A DNA stretch of 63,614 nucleotides, the filler included, from Dugesia japonica (Eukaryota), in assembly GCA_001938525.1 (NCBI GenBank). It is 6 parts of 6 records of this genome, joined end to end, with 100 filler letters (N's around TTAATTAATTAA, not from the genome) between each part and the next. Parts side by side here need not be neighbours in the genome. Positions count along the whole stretch, not along the records: positions 1 to 8,890 come from MQRL01169314.1; positions 8,991 to 18,839 come from MQRL01582954.1; 4 more parts are not named here. One strand, written 5' to 3'. The notes beneath the pieces are model-generated. The model ran no database searches and was not told the origin of the DNA. It was given only the letters and a program-made list of their open reading frames with translations. The position numbers and the translations under genes are program-made. Positions 1 through 12,860 of the stretch are shown here, piece by piece. Position 1 is the first letter of the stretch; each line of letters starts with the position of its first letter.

Positions 1-3000
1 GATAGAAATACAGTGATAGTGGGTTTAATGTTGACAGTAAATAACTGGTTATTTCTGTTACCAACAAAGTTTGTGAAAACACATAAAATAAGGTGTAGTA
101 AGTGTAGTCAGGTACTGATCAGAACTGACTTGCTAACTCAAGTCACAGTGGAGTTGTAAATAGTGAGTGTGTTTTAATTTTCGTTCAGTTAATGATTAAG
201 ATAGCGTTTATTCGATCAACAACTAGCACGCACTGGAAAACTTTGAGTGCGTAGAAGTTGCAAGATTGGATTAACAATTATAGGCTCATTCTGGGTTATA
301 TTAAACATGTCGAATGATCTGTTATTCAGAGGTAACCTAATTAAATTGCATCACTATTAGGGGTTGAATGTTTGTTATAAAAGAGCTATCCTAATTCCCA
401 GAAAGTACATACTGAAGTTTGCATCTAATTCCCGACACTTATCAGTGATTTTATAATCGACAAGGAGGGAACTTCAGCTGTCGTCGTGTTAGTCGAATAA
501 TCTATAGAACACACAAATTAATATCTTTCTTTTCTAAAATAAATGAATAAAAATTTCTTTGACGAACGTTATTTATTGTCGAACATGTTCTACATTAAAA
601 ATCATCACAAGCAAAATCGTAAAGCATACTTACTGTTAAAGTAGATTATCTGCAAGAGGGATCAATGAAAATCCTCTTCTTTGTATTAGGTATTGACAGT
701 AATTGCTAACGACTAGTACTGTTCTTGATATATTCAATTGTGATTCTCCTTGTCTGTTTAATTAAATAGAATTGCAATCGCCTATAGCTGATAATAATGA
801 AAGTAAGCTGACTGTTTCGTCTAAAATTTGGGGGGTTTTATAAAGTTTTATTTGCATCACAACTCAATTCCTATTGGCCAACTTTTTTAGAATTTTCTTA
901 TGGACTTCGTATTGGCTCTATGAATGATTTTCAGATTTTTTCTGCTTCTTTTCTGATATTTTATTGGTGCCTTTTTATAGATACCACATTTTTTGAGCCT
1001 TTGTTTAATGCTTTTTTCATTGCTTCTCATTGCTGTTATTTTCTTCTTATCAAAATTGAATTTCTCTTGCTATAAACTTTCTGATTTTTCTTGTCCCGTC
1101 GTGTTTTGACCATTCTCCAAAAAGTTAATTACCTTTTTTTGATTCTCATGTCAATGACCTTTTTTTGTACTAGTAAATTAATTTNNNNNNNNNNNNNNNN
1201 NNNNNNNNNNNNNNNNNNNNNNNNNNNNNNNNNNNNNNNNNNNNNNNNNNNNNNNNNNNNNNNNNNNNNNNNNNNNNNNNNNNNNNNNNNNNNNNNNNNN
1301 NNNNNNNNNNNNNNNNNNNNNNNNNNNNNNNNNNNNNNNNNNNNNNNNNNNNNNNNNNNNNNNNNNNNNNNNNNNNNTTTTATTTCGAATTAAATTTATT
1401 ATTAACTTATTGATTGCTTATTTGTTGAAAGCCTATTGTATTATTTCTTCCTTTTATACCTTTTGATTGATTCCTTTTCTTGACTTGGGTCCCTATTTCT
1501 TATATCTTCGTTAATCGGGTGTTTCACTACAACAATATTAATATTAATGTTTCCCGGAAAATATTAATATCAATATTAGTCGTTCCCATACGATATTAAT
1601 ATTAAAAGATTTATATGAGAATTTTGTTTAAATTCAATGAAGTTAATGATGTATTTTTATAGGCTTCTTCATGAAAATTTGGTGGAAAAGCATATTTTTG
1701 TTTAAAGTACCCAAAATTTTGAAATTTTTAGATAGTTAAGTTAAGTTGAGCGGTTTAAATATCAGATGTTTCAGGGTTAAAACTCTGAGATGTTCGTTGA
1801 AATCATTAGCTGTACATGGTTCAAACTATGAGATGTCTATAGGTTCACACTTTTGGATACATCCAACACTTGATACATCCTAAGCATACTATTTGATGTT
1901 TCCGACAACGTATGCTAATTGACAGATACTATTAGATGCTCCGAAATTAGATGATCTTTATCTCATTAATATTAACTGCTCTCCCAAGGAAAAATCATTG
2001 TTAATATTTATATGTTTAAGTAAAATTATTGTTTGTCTGAGTATAATTAATGAAATCAGTTTATTATTTGTATTCCAAGTAAAATAATTATCAATAATAC
2101 AATTAAAATTATTTTTATACATTGTTTTAATAAAAGTTTTGTTTTCATTCCATACTATTACATTACCTACTCCTAAATTTTCGTCCGACGGAGCAAATCC
2201 ATCAAAATACGTAAGCATCCAATCGAGTCCATTTATAAATCGAACTTATTGATTAATTTGTGTAGTTTTAACTAAACTATGCTCGATTACAGTATGTTCC
2301 TCCCTGGCAGCAAAGCTTTCAACCGTTCACATCTTGTCTCATTTATACATTGCTACAACTGTCTAACCTTTATAATATAAAAACAGCGAGTCGTCAATGC
2401 TAATATTAAGCTAGATACAGATCTGCAAACTGTTTAGGAATTCAAAGTCACCTGTCATCGATTCAATGTATGACATCTAAAAATTATATGACATAATATC
2501 ATAGGTATTGAATAAATTGATGAATTATTATCATAGAAGAGATAGATAGTATTGCATCGGAACACCCCGATAACGAAGTGTTCTAAAAATTTAGTGTTTT
2601 CAAAATTTAGTGTTTGGAAAATTGAAGTATTTTTATTGGTCGTTTTGATAACGCAGAAAATTTTTTGTATTTGATTTTGATTGGTCAAATTTTTGGTCGG
2701 AAAATTCGAAAATTCAAATTTTTTGAAAAATATTTTCCGGTGAATTTTGATGGTATAATTTTGAATTTGGTAGGATGGAGATCAGAATTAAACTTTGTAT
2801 AGGACTATAATACATTAATTTTTTTGAAACACATTGGTTTACTGTGATATATTGACTTACTATATCCATTGGTTTACTGAAACATGGGTTTTCTTAAAAC
2901 TAAGTTACATTGGCTTACTCTATCCATTGGCTTTACTGTATCCCTCATTCTTTTTCACTAGTTTATTATAAACATTAGCCAACTGTGCAAATACAACTGA

Positions 3001-5009
3001 TGAACTCTATGAAACACCATAAATTTATTAAACCTAATATATTCAATGAATTTTAATGTAATTAATTAAATTTAAATAACTTTAGAAAAATAATAAAATT
3101 TATGAAACATAAGAAAATTTAATGCAATTAATGGAAATTAAAAACAAGAAGAATAAATTGAAAAAGAAGAATTTTCAGAAGTACAGTATATATAAGGAAA
3201 AGGTATTGTTTATTTAAATGGTATTAATTAATTAATCAATTATTATTTATACAAATCTTAGGAAGAGAATATCAGATTTACGAGAAGATCCAATATTCTG
3301 GGTATCAGAAATATACCTGTACCAGATTAAAGAAAAGATAGGAGTTGACAATAATGAACCAGTCAAATCCCAATGTATATACTTTAATAAATCTTAGCTT
3401 ATAATTATTGTTATTTCTTTTACTTTTAAGTGTTTGATATAAAACTTTATTGGAAAGATATATAAGTTGAATCTATTGGGGTATCTAATATAGTGAATCA
3501 ATAGCTAATTGTATATTTTAAGTGAATTGAATAAGTAACATCGTGAGCAATTGAGCAGCTAGATTTAGGTAAAGTAAGTGGTTATTTTCAGAATATTTTT
3601 CTTAGGTTTTGAGAATTTTTCAACAGACCTCATAAATTATGCATAAATTTCCAAGACATCTTGGAAATTCTGTATAAATTTCCAACAAATCTTGGAAAAA
3701 ATCTGTAACATTTTCCAACACTTCTACAAAAATTTAGTCATTTCTCCTTCATAATCTATCTGCTCGCCCCTCTGTCCACAACTCGTCTACCATTTGCTTG
3801 NACCTCCGTTTTCTCTATTTCTTATTTCCTTTAAAAATTTAAAACCAACATTTCTAGCGATTTTTAGAAATATTTACTTCACTTCCATGAAAGTTTCGTT
3901 AGTATATATAAAATTCTAATGCTCCGGAGTATACTGTACTTATAATTTTCAATAATGTGTTTATTGATTGTATTTAGTTTTATAGGGTTTAAAGTACTTG
4001 AATAATTAAATTATAAAATACATTGCATTTATGATGATTAATTGAATCAAAAGTCAGGTTATATTTGATATATGATATAAACATATATATTTGAGTAAAC
4101 TTATTAAGATTTGTAAGTATAGTATAAATAGTATAGCTTTCAACTTCTGTACACAAACACCTGCTAAGGATATGTGACGTAATGAAACTTAATCCTAATG
4201 CATTTAGTTGGGAAATTAAAAATGACATAATATTAGGTAATATTATATCAGAGAGGTGGTTTTTTCCCTGTGTGTTTAGTTAGAAAAATTCTTTGCACAC
4301 AAATTATGTCACGAAATTAATTTAATCGGTGAAATTTGATTTTTTTAAGGATTAAGAGAGACTATTTTTTATTGTGTTTTTAGTTGGCAAAAATTTTTTA
4401 CACATAAATTATGACACTTTTAATCGTATTTTGACAAGTTTGACAAATTATTTTTAAATTTTAGGCATTTTAAGCGGCAATATTTTTTCAAGCTTTCTAA
4501 TTGAGTAAAATCTTTTAAAGAATTTTTTAGAGGAATGTGGGTGAACAGTTCATTTTGTTTAGATAATATGAAAACTTTAATTTTTTAAATGAAATTTTTA
4601 TAGGCATCCTAAATTTCAAAAATAATTTTTTCAATTTTTACAACATCAATACTCTGCTTACTGTGCATTGATTTTTAGTTATCAATGATTTTCTCATTCT
4701 TTGTAGGTCTTCACTATTCACTAGTGATAAATGTACTGTTTAATTAATATTTAATTATTTTACCTGTTCTATATTTCATTTATAATTTTGAAATTAAATT
4801 GGATTTCGTGTATTTTGTTCTATTTTCATATTAAAAATCTTATTAAAGTTTAATTTATGATATGAAGATTGATTCATTGGAATATTTTCTAAATATTTAG
4901 TGAAAATAATCCATTTAAGTGATTGAATACAATAAATATGATGAATTGATTAATTTTCAAAGTGTAATTTGATTAATAATAATAATTTTGATCAATTTTT
5001 AATTGATAA

Positions 5010-6285
5010 ATTTTAAATCCTATGAATTTTAAGCTGTTAAATTTTGATTTGTAGTAATTTGAACCTGATAGAATTTGATTCATATTAATTATAAGCTGCT
5101 AAACTTAAATTATTATTAATTTCAAGCTGTTAAATTTTAATTTGCATTAATTTTAAACTGCAAAATTTTGATTCTTAGGAATTTTAAGCTGATAAAATTT
5201 GATTCTTGCTAAATTTAAACTGATAAACTTTTATCTTAAAATCTTTTGAATTCTAAGGTTTATGATAAAAGTTGTATTTTTAATGATGAGTTCTATACTT
5301 TCTATGAATAATCGTTGTCTCTAATTTTCTATGATCACTTGTGTATTTATCATGATGATACCTGTATATTCTATATTGAAGGGTTTGTTTTGTGATGAAA
5401 CTAATTTTCCATGAAAAAGTGATTATTTTCTATGTTAAAGTGTTTATTTTCAATAATGAATCCTATATTTTAAATGTTGAATTAAAAATTTAATGTGATT
5501 AACTATATTTTGAGTATGATATATTAGTTTAACTTGTTGGTTTGCATTTTTATACGTTGATTTATAAATTTTAATATCTATTATGTAATCATTGAATATT
5601 ATTGAAAACTTCTGTGAAATTTTTAAAACTTTTTAATAGAAATATACAAAGTTTGAAATGTTTTATTGACTTTCAATAACTTTAAATAATTCTATATAAC
5701 TTTAACATGACGAATATAATTTTTATGTAGTGGTTTAGAAATTTTATGTGACTACTTAGAATTTAACTGTGATTGAATGAACTTTTTCTTAGATAGAATG
5801 TAATTTTAGTGTAATGTGTTACAATTCTGTGTAATGGTTTCGAATTTTAATGAAATAGATTATATTTATAGTGTATTCGATTATAAGTTTAACATGTTGG
5901 TTAGAATTGTCATGTTTTGGCTTAGAAAGTTTTTTGACTTCTATGTAATTAATGATAATTTATAATGACTTCTATAGATTTTTAGAGTTGATGTATTATA
6001 ATTTTATGTGATGACTTAAAAGATTTTGTGTGATAAAATCTAATTTTAGCGTTTTGACATTGAATTCTTATATGTTGACTATGGAATTTTGTAAATGATT
6101 TAGAATTTAGCTTGACGGATTATAATTTTAACGTAAAGACTATTAATTTTTATGAGTTGAGTTGGAATTTTGTGTGATTGAATGTAATTTTAGTGTGAAT
6201 TACTATAGTTTATATGTGTTGACTTAGAAAATACACATGTTTTAGAAATTTTATGTTTTTGTTTAGAAATTGTTTTCATTGAATA
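5010..6285. repeat. Degenerate AT-rich minisatellite tract (~20-30 bp units)
   Basis: Recurring AATTTTAAGCTGxTAAATTTTGATT units (5025-5230), TATTTTCTATG units (5280-5520) and AATTTTATGTG units (5690-6280); no ORF. Confidence 0.6.
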
Positions 6286-6884
6286 TAAGTGTTAACCTAA
6301 CCATAACTATAACCATAACTTTAACATTAAACAATTCCATAAATGTCATAGAAAATTTATTAAAATCCTAGAAAATTCTATATAATTCTTTAAAAAGTTA
6401 GAAAAACATAATCCTAACCCCAATCTAAATCCTAAAAACACTTATAAAACCATAGAAAATCCTTAAACTTATATGTGCAATGTTTTATTTTTCCTATGAT
6501 ATTATATATTCCTCCGGAAAATATTAATGTTGAATGTTTACCTGAGCAATGTTAATATTAATGTTTCCCCATAAATATTAATATTAAGTTCATTGAAATC
6601 TCAAATAAGATCAATGGTCAAGTCCAACAAATATTCTCGCAATAATTGTAATTATAAATATTTATTAATGTCTTCGAGAAATACTAATATTAATGTCCCC
6701 CGAGCAGTATTAATATTAATGTCCCCAAGCAAAATTAATATTGTATGTTTCCAAAATAATATTAATTTTTATCAAGTTTTAGCAGTTTTCTATTAGGTTT
6801 TACATATTTATATTTTAGGTTTATATTTTATAGGTTTATAAAGTTTTTAGCATTTGTAGGATTGTATAGTGTTTTAGACTATTG

Positions 6885-7204
6885 TTTTACAATTGCAAAT
6901 ATTGCGAGAATAATTGTTATACGTAACCATTGATCGTTTTTCAGAATTCATTTAACATAAAAGCTTCGATCAAAATTTGTCTTTATGTGTTTTGATAACA
7001 ATTCTATATTTCGACTTTGTCTTCGTCAGGAATTGATTTTTAATTGAGAACTTTTAATTACAGGAATTGATTTTTACAGTCAAATCCTGTAATTAAAATT
7101 TCTCAATTAAAAGTCAATTCCTGACGAAGACAAAGTACAAATATAGAATTGTTATCAAAAACCAAAAAACAAATTTTGAATGAATCTTTTATTTTAAATG
7201 AATT
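6885..7204. mobile_element. Penelope-like element remnant: inverted pseudo-LTR hairpin with hammerhead motifs
   Basis: Unpaired head TTTTACAATTGC..GATCGTTTTTCA followed by a palindrome 6943-7204. The same sequence is fused to a GIY-YIG ORF at 24724. Confidence 0.8.
6999..7035 (-). ncRNA. Minimal type I hammerhead ribozyme, intact core
   Basis: Minus strand reads CAATTC-CTGACGA-A-GAC AAA GTC-GAAA-TA-TA-GAATTG: stem I CAATTC/GAATTG, CUGANGA box, 3-bp stem II, GAAA box, palindromic loopless stem III. Confidence 0.85.
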
Positions 7205-7736
7205 TTTAATATTGTATAATTTTATGGTTTATAAAGTTTTATTATAGTTTATCTAGTTTTTAGCATTTGTAGAATTGCATAGGGTTTTAAACTATTGTAT
7301 AGTTTTATGCACTTTCCACAGAGTCTTTTTTAAGGTGTTATAGGGTTTGGATGGGGTTTATATAGAAAATTTAATAGGGTTTTTATAACGTTATTGAGAT
7401 TTATTTTATTTTATTTATTTTTATTGAGATTTATATGATTTTATAGGTTGTGCGGTATTGTTCATGATATTGTAGTGATTTTTAGAGTTTTACTTTGTTT
7501 TTACAAAGTTTTTATATGTTATTATAAGGACACTAAATGTTGTTATAAAGATGTATATGGTTTAATATGACTTTATAATGGTTTTGTTTGTTCTTTAAGG
7601 GTTTTGTAGGCTTTTTATATGTTCTATAATGTTCTATATGATTTTATAGGGCTAATTCAATACATAAAATAAACAGAATAAACCTTTAAGAATTAATATA
7701 CTTAAGAAATCTAATACACTCACTAAACTATTTAAA

Positions 7737-7771
<35 letters not shown>

Positions 7772-8890
7772 CTAATAAACCTATTAAACGTAATACACAA
7801 CAGACCATATAAATACAAGAAACCTTGTACATTTATTTAATAAATACACCCATAAAACTATTGAGCTCATTACATTATATAAAAACAATAAACTCAAAAC
7901 GCTTGTTAAACTAATAAACCTATGAAATTCGATACATAAACCTCTTAAACCAATAAACCTATTAAATTATTAAACTTAATACACATAACAAATCAAATAA
8001 ACCAACATTTATTTTATCCGGGAGAACATCCACCATTGATATTGTTCGAAACTATTAACATTAATATTGCTCGGGGGACAATAATATTAATACTGCTTGA
8101 GGGAGATTAAAATTAATACTGTCCAGGGGAACATATAATATAAAAGGAAAAATCAAACATTGTACATATAATTTTAAGAATTTTCTTTGGTTTTATAAAT
8201 GTTTTTAAGATTAAGATTAGAATTAGGATTATGTTTTTCTAAGTTTTTAAACAATTATAAAGAATTTTCTAGGATTTTAATAAATTTTCCAAGACTTTTA
8301 TAGAATTATTTAGGGTTAATGTTATAGTTATGGTTATGATTTTAAATACCTTTTTATAGAAATAGAAACATGTGTTAGAATTAATCTACTGAAAAAAAGT
8401 GCTCAACTTAAACCAGTGTCTACAAGTCGATCTTCAAATATTGAAATACATATAACCACCTCAAATATATGCGATATTGATGAGAATAACAACTCTTATA
8501 TTTCAGTTCCAATGGCTATCAAAAAGTTTTTATTTTCCTCTTTCCAAGATTTCTGTCAACTATTCTTTCTAATGAATCACATCGAGAGAACAAAAATAAA
8601 TGAAATCATTAATTCCTTGAAAGTTTCTCATCAAATTCCAGATAATTTAATGAAATCTAAATTAAAATACTAAAAAGGCAATTTCTTGTTTCCGGATTCA
8701 TTTAATATTTCAGCATGTTCTTCAGCACCATCACACATCGATAATATGGATTCGAAAACTAGACTTTCGCAAAGCAGAGTAAATAAACTTAGTCTCCGTT
8801 TTAAGATTTCCATTTCTTGCGATTTTTCAGTATTAACATATTTGCTAATAATTCGCAATTTATCATTATATCGAGTTTTATCTTCCTTTT

Positions 8891-8990
8891 NNNNNNNNNN
8901 NNNNNNNNNNNNNNNNNNNNNNNNNNNNNNNNNNTTAATTAATTAANNNNNNNNNNNNNNNNNNNNNNNNNNNNNNNNNNNNNNNNNNNN
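8891..8990. other. Artificial assembly spacer N44-TTAATTAATTAA-N44 (also 18840-18939, 32723-32822, 42083-42182, 54098-54197)
   Basis: Five identical 100-nt spacers with a six-frame-stop 12-mer in the centre. Confidence 0.97.
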
Positions 8991-9001
8991 ACGTGAATAA
9001 A

Positions 9002-9845
9002 ATGAGCCTAGGCCAATCAATAAGCCAAAGTCTGGAAGCAGATGAGCTTCATCGTGATTACAAAAAACCGAGAGAATTTCTAAAAGTAACAGTAAGTGAA
9101 CCAGATGAAACTTGGTCTGCAGATTTAACATATCATAGAAAACGAGTAATATTAACTGTGATTGATCTTTATTCAAGATTTGACTTTGTTAAACTTTGTG
9201 ATAACAAAACCGGCCCCGAGGTTACTGAAGCATTTGAAAAAATTCTAGAAAATAAAAATAATAATCGAGCTCCAAATAATTTATGGGTTGATCGTGGAAA
9301 GGAATTTTGCAACAAAACATTTACCGAATGGCGTGAAAAAAATAATATTAACCGTTATTCTACTTATAATGAAGGAAAGGCAGNNNNNNNNNNNNNNNNN
9401 NNNNNNNNNNNNNNNNNNNNNNNNNNNNNNNNNAGGCAGTTGTCATTGAAAGATTTAATCGCACATTTAAAAACAAACTCTTTAAACATTTTACTACCGT
9501 TGGGAATTAACAAATCACAGATGAGCTCTTACAAAAAAAGTAGATGATTACAATAACAGTATTCATTCTTCAATAGGAACAACTCCAAAACTTGCATATG
9601 AAACTAATATAATAAAACAAGAANAAAAATATAAAAAACCAAAATTTAAAATCGGAGATAAAGTTAGAATATTTCTAATTAAAAAAACATTTGCAAAAGC
9701 ATATAAATTTAAATGGTCTGTAAAAATTTATACAGTAACAAAAATTTATTTAACAATTCCACTAACTTATCAAATTACAAATTCTGATGATGAAAAAATT
9801 CTTGGAAGATTTTATATGAATGAGTTACAAAAAACTTCTCTATAA
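9002..9845 (+). pseudogene. Polinton retroviral-like (rve) integrase
   Basis: WSADL..VIDLYSR, LWVDRGKEF, KAVVIERFNRT (after joining the AGGCAG overlap across the N gap), YNNSIHSSIG, KPKFKIGDKVRI..GRFYMNELQK; one stop and one frameshift near 9510-9540. Confidence 0.93.
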
Positions 9846-9846
9846 A

Positions 9847-10706
9847 ATGGATGAGTAATTTGGTTTCGAAGAAAGACAAGACAATTTTTAATAATAAACT
9901 TTTTCCTAGTAATTTTTGATTGTTGTTAATTGGGTCCTCCGGCTGTGGAAAAAATGTTCTCTTGACACAAATGTTACTTACCCCAGGTTTTCTTGATTAT
10001 GATAATTTAATATTTTACTCGACTACAATTAATCGATTTGAAATACAATTATTATATCACGGATTTTTAAATGGATTAGCAAAACAAGAAATTTTATTAA
10101 TGTTTGAGAAGAAAGCGATTGTTCCAGATTGGTGTACTGCTCCAATAGAAGTTATAGATTTTTTCATTCAAAAGAAATTTGTAATAAAAAAACCACAAAC
10201 AATATGAATAATTCTAAGTAATAAATCAACTGAAATTATTCCCTGTTATAAATTAGAAAAGAATAAAAAGAATCTTGTAATTTTTGATGATGTGGTAAAT
10301 GAAAGGAATCAAGAAATTCAAAAAATTTATTTTACTCGAGGCCGACATTCAAGTTGTAATGTAATTTATATTTCCCAAACATATTTTCACCTTGATAAAA
10401 NNNNNNNNNNNNNNNNNNNNNNNNNNNNNNNNNNNNNNNNNNNNNNNNNNAAGTTGTAATGTAATTTATATTTCCCAAACATATTTTCACCTTGATAAAA
10501 ATTCAATACGAAATAACAGCAACTATTTTATATTTTTTCGATTAAATAAAAAAGATCGTGACAGTGTTAATAGTGATTTATTTTCTTGTGTATTTCCTGA
10601 AAAAGATGTTTATGATTTTGAAGTAAATTTTCATTGGAAACAACCCTATACATATTTTTATTTAAACCATTTAACAAATGAAGTTACAACCGATCTTTTT
10701 GCTTAA
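9847..10706 (+). pseudogene. Polinton A32/FtsK-like DNA packaging ATPase
   Basis: Walker A GSSGCGK, Walker B NLVIFDD, FTRGRH, YISQTYF, IRNN; internal stops. Confidence 0.93.
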
Positions 10707-10710
10707 TGAA

Positions 10711-11158
10711 ATGGCGAGCGATGCAGAAACAAGTATCACAGAAGAGGAATTAAAAAAATTAAAATTCAAATCTTAGTAGATCTATTAAAATTGATGGTAA
10801 AAATTATTGGATAGGTAAAAAAGCAAAAGAAGAAATTAAAAAACATGAAAAATAACAAGGCGGTTTTGTTTTCTTAGCTGCAATACCGGCAATCTTTTCT
10901 GGTCTGGCGAGCGCCGCCGGCGTAGCCAGTGGAATCGCATCCACAGTAGCAAGTTCCCGAGAGGCGGCTAAACATCAAATTGAAATTGATCAATTAAATA
11001 AAGAAATTGAAGTAGAAAAGATAAATGAAAAACAGGGGGAAGCAATTTATAAATATTTAAAAAATCAAAATTTAAAACCATCAAAAGAATTAAAAAAAGG
11101 TGGGGGGATATTCTTAAGACCATATGATGGAACTGGAATATATTTAAATCCTTATTAA
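10711..11158 (+). pseudogene. Adenovirus pX-like virion core protein precursor
   Basis: MASDAETS..(frameshift)..KHEK*QGGFVFLAAIPAIFSGLASAAGVASGIASTVASSR..KGGGIFLRPYDGTGIYLNPY*; absent from the ORF track. Confidence 0.75.
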
Positions 11159-11201
11159 AATGATTAGCGTAGCGAGAAGAATTAAATAATTAAAAGAAAT
11201 A

Positions 11202-12160
11202 ATNGCGGCAGAAGAAAAATATAATGAATATTTCACTAGTAAAGTTCTTCAATCTAATAATTTACAATCATCACTTGCTTTTCAACAACAACCATTAATT
11301 TCAGCATTACAAAAAACAGTACAACAACAATTACAACCACTAACACCACAAACAGCACAACCAACACCGATATTACAACAACAAACAATCTCACAAACAA
11401 TACAGCCAATATTAGAACAAAAATTAGAACAAAAATTAGAACAAAAATTAGAACCAAAATTAGAACTAAAATTAGAACCAAAATTAAAACTAAAATTAGA
11501 AGATGAATTTAAAGATAAAACCCCATTCTTAATAAATGATACTAAAATTATAATTAATAAAAATAATTTAACGCCAACAACAACACCAGAATTTATTTAT
11601 GAAAATATTAATGAAAAAATGTATCCATCTTTAAAAATTAATAACAATCAAATATATTTAGTTGAAAAGGAAAAAAGCTCATATTTTTTTTACTCCCAGA
11701 TAAACTTATTCCATATTCAAAAGAATTATTACATTTAATTTTAGGAGAAGGAAAAGAAACTGATATTTTAAATTCAGAACATATTAGGACATATTTAAAA
11801 ATATTAGATATAAAACACCCCCGGAATAGTAATTATTATAAAATGTTGAAAAAAAAGTAAAACCAAAATCAGAAGGATCAACACCTAAAAAAATCCCCAA
11901 CAAAAATAATAACATTCTTAACCCCAGTCCAAGGCACAGCACCAGTCTAAGCACCAGACATAGTACAAAGCATGGGAAATCCAATAGATTTATTTGAAAA
12001 ATTAATAGTATTAATTTCAGCTAAAAAATCCGGTCATGAAAATACCACTAGTGAAATAAAAACAGTCTGTGGAAAATTTAGAAATAGAAAATTAATTACA
12101 AAAGAAAAATATAAAGACTTTCAAAAAAATACTTTGAATAAATGTCTCATCAGATTTTAG
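11202..12160 (+). pseudogene. Uncharacterised Polinton ORF: Q/T/P-rich, (LEQK)n repeat, helical C-terminal domain
   Basis: ATN-AAEEKYNEYF..; 12-bp TTAGAACAAAAA tandem at 11411-11500. C-terminus NPIDLFEKLIVLISAKKSGHENTTSEI resembles the xPxELxxRLxLLxAxxxAGN..NEI motif I recall from Polinton ORFs. Confidence 0.65.
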
Positions 12161-12860
12161 TTACTAATAAAGGTCCAAGTTTAGAAATTAATTTAAAACA
12201 CCCGTTAGAATTAATTGGAGAATATGAACTTGGTTTAATTTGTTTTTAGTAGTGAGACATGTCAGCATGGCACCACGGGGAGGGGTAATATTTTGCTATA
12301 ATATTACTTTTAATATACAAAAAGATAATTGTAATTTTACTTTTCGAGATGTAAATAAAAAAATTCAACCTGGGGCTTATGAAGTTAAACAAATTTCAGA
12401 GAAATTAAAAGATTTAGGAATAGAGATAATTGCAGACCTCTCAACTGCAAGATGTTCACTTGAAATAAAGAACACTTTAAAATTTGATGATAAATCTTTC
12501 TTTTTTAATTTTTTAGGTTTTAGGGTGGGAGAGTATATTCCTAGAAAAAAATATTATTCTGAAGAGAAAATTAACATTAGTAATAATATAAACATGATCA
12601 ACATTAATTCTAATTTAATCAAGGGAAATTATATAAATAATAAACCAACTAATTTTTTATATTCATTTCCAGTAAATAATGTAAGGTTTGGATTTAAAAT
12701 TATTGAAAGACCCCCACAACCTATTTACTCAAAAATATCTAGTGGTTATGTTGATGAGTTAAGATTTGAAGTTGTAGATGAAAATTTTAAACCTGTTGAT
12801 TTTAATAATGAAACTATGTCATTATTAATTCATTTAATAAAATGTCCAACGACAAAATAG
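12142..12860 (+). pseudogene. Polinton minor capsid protein (penton), interrupted by a 44-nt insertion
   Basis: MSHQILVTNKGPSLEINLKHPLELIGEYELGLICF/FCYNITFNI..IQPGAYEV..FLGF..GFKIIERP..VVDENFKPVDFNNETMSLLIHL. Confidence 0.85.

Larger units (their letters stand above)
6290..8340. repeat. Long inverted-repeat pair (fold-back-like); arms ~6290-6770 and ~8040-8340
   Basis: Reverse complement of 8120-8340 aligns with 6300-6520 (e.g. GAAAATTTATTAAAATCCTAGAAAATTCT). Both arms carry ~25-30 bp ATATTAATGTCCCCCGAGCA-type tandem units, also seen at 1530-1610. Confidence 0.75.

Noticed and set aside
6510-6775. CRISPR-like repeat array
   Set aside because: Contiguous degenerate tandem units without unique spacers; no cas genes; eukaryotic context
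8416-8890. Short ORFs left of the first spacer as Polinton genes
   Set aside because: Separated by an artificial spacer, and no recognisable motif
11254-11984. Hydrophobic minus-strand ORFs (VLIL repeats) resembling membrane proteins
   Set aside because: Antisense shadows of the plus-strand Q/LEQK-rich Polinton ORF
12240-12290. ORF-track start of penton (MFLVVRHVSMAPRGG)
   Set aside because: Derived from the 44-nt insertion; the real start is probably the ATG at 12142
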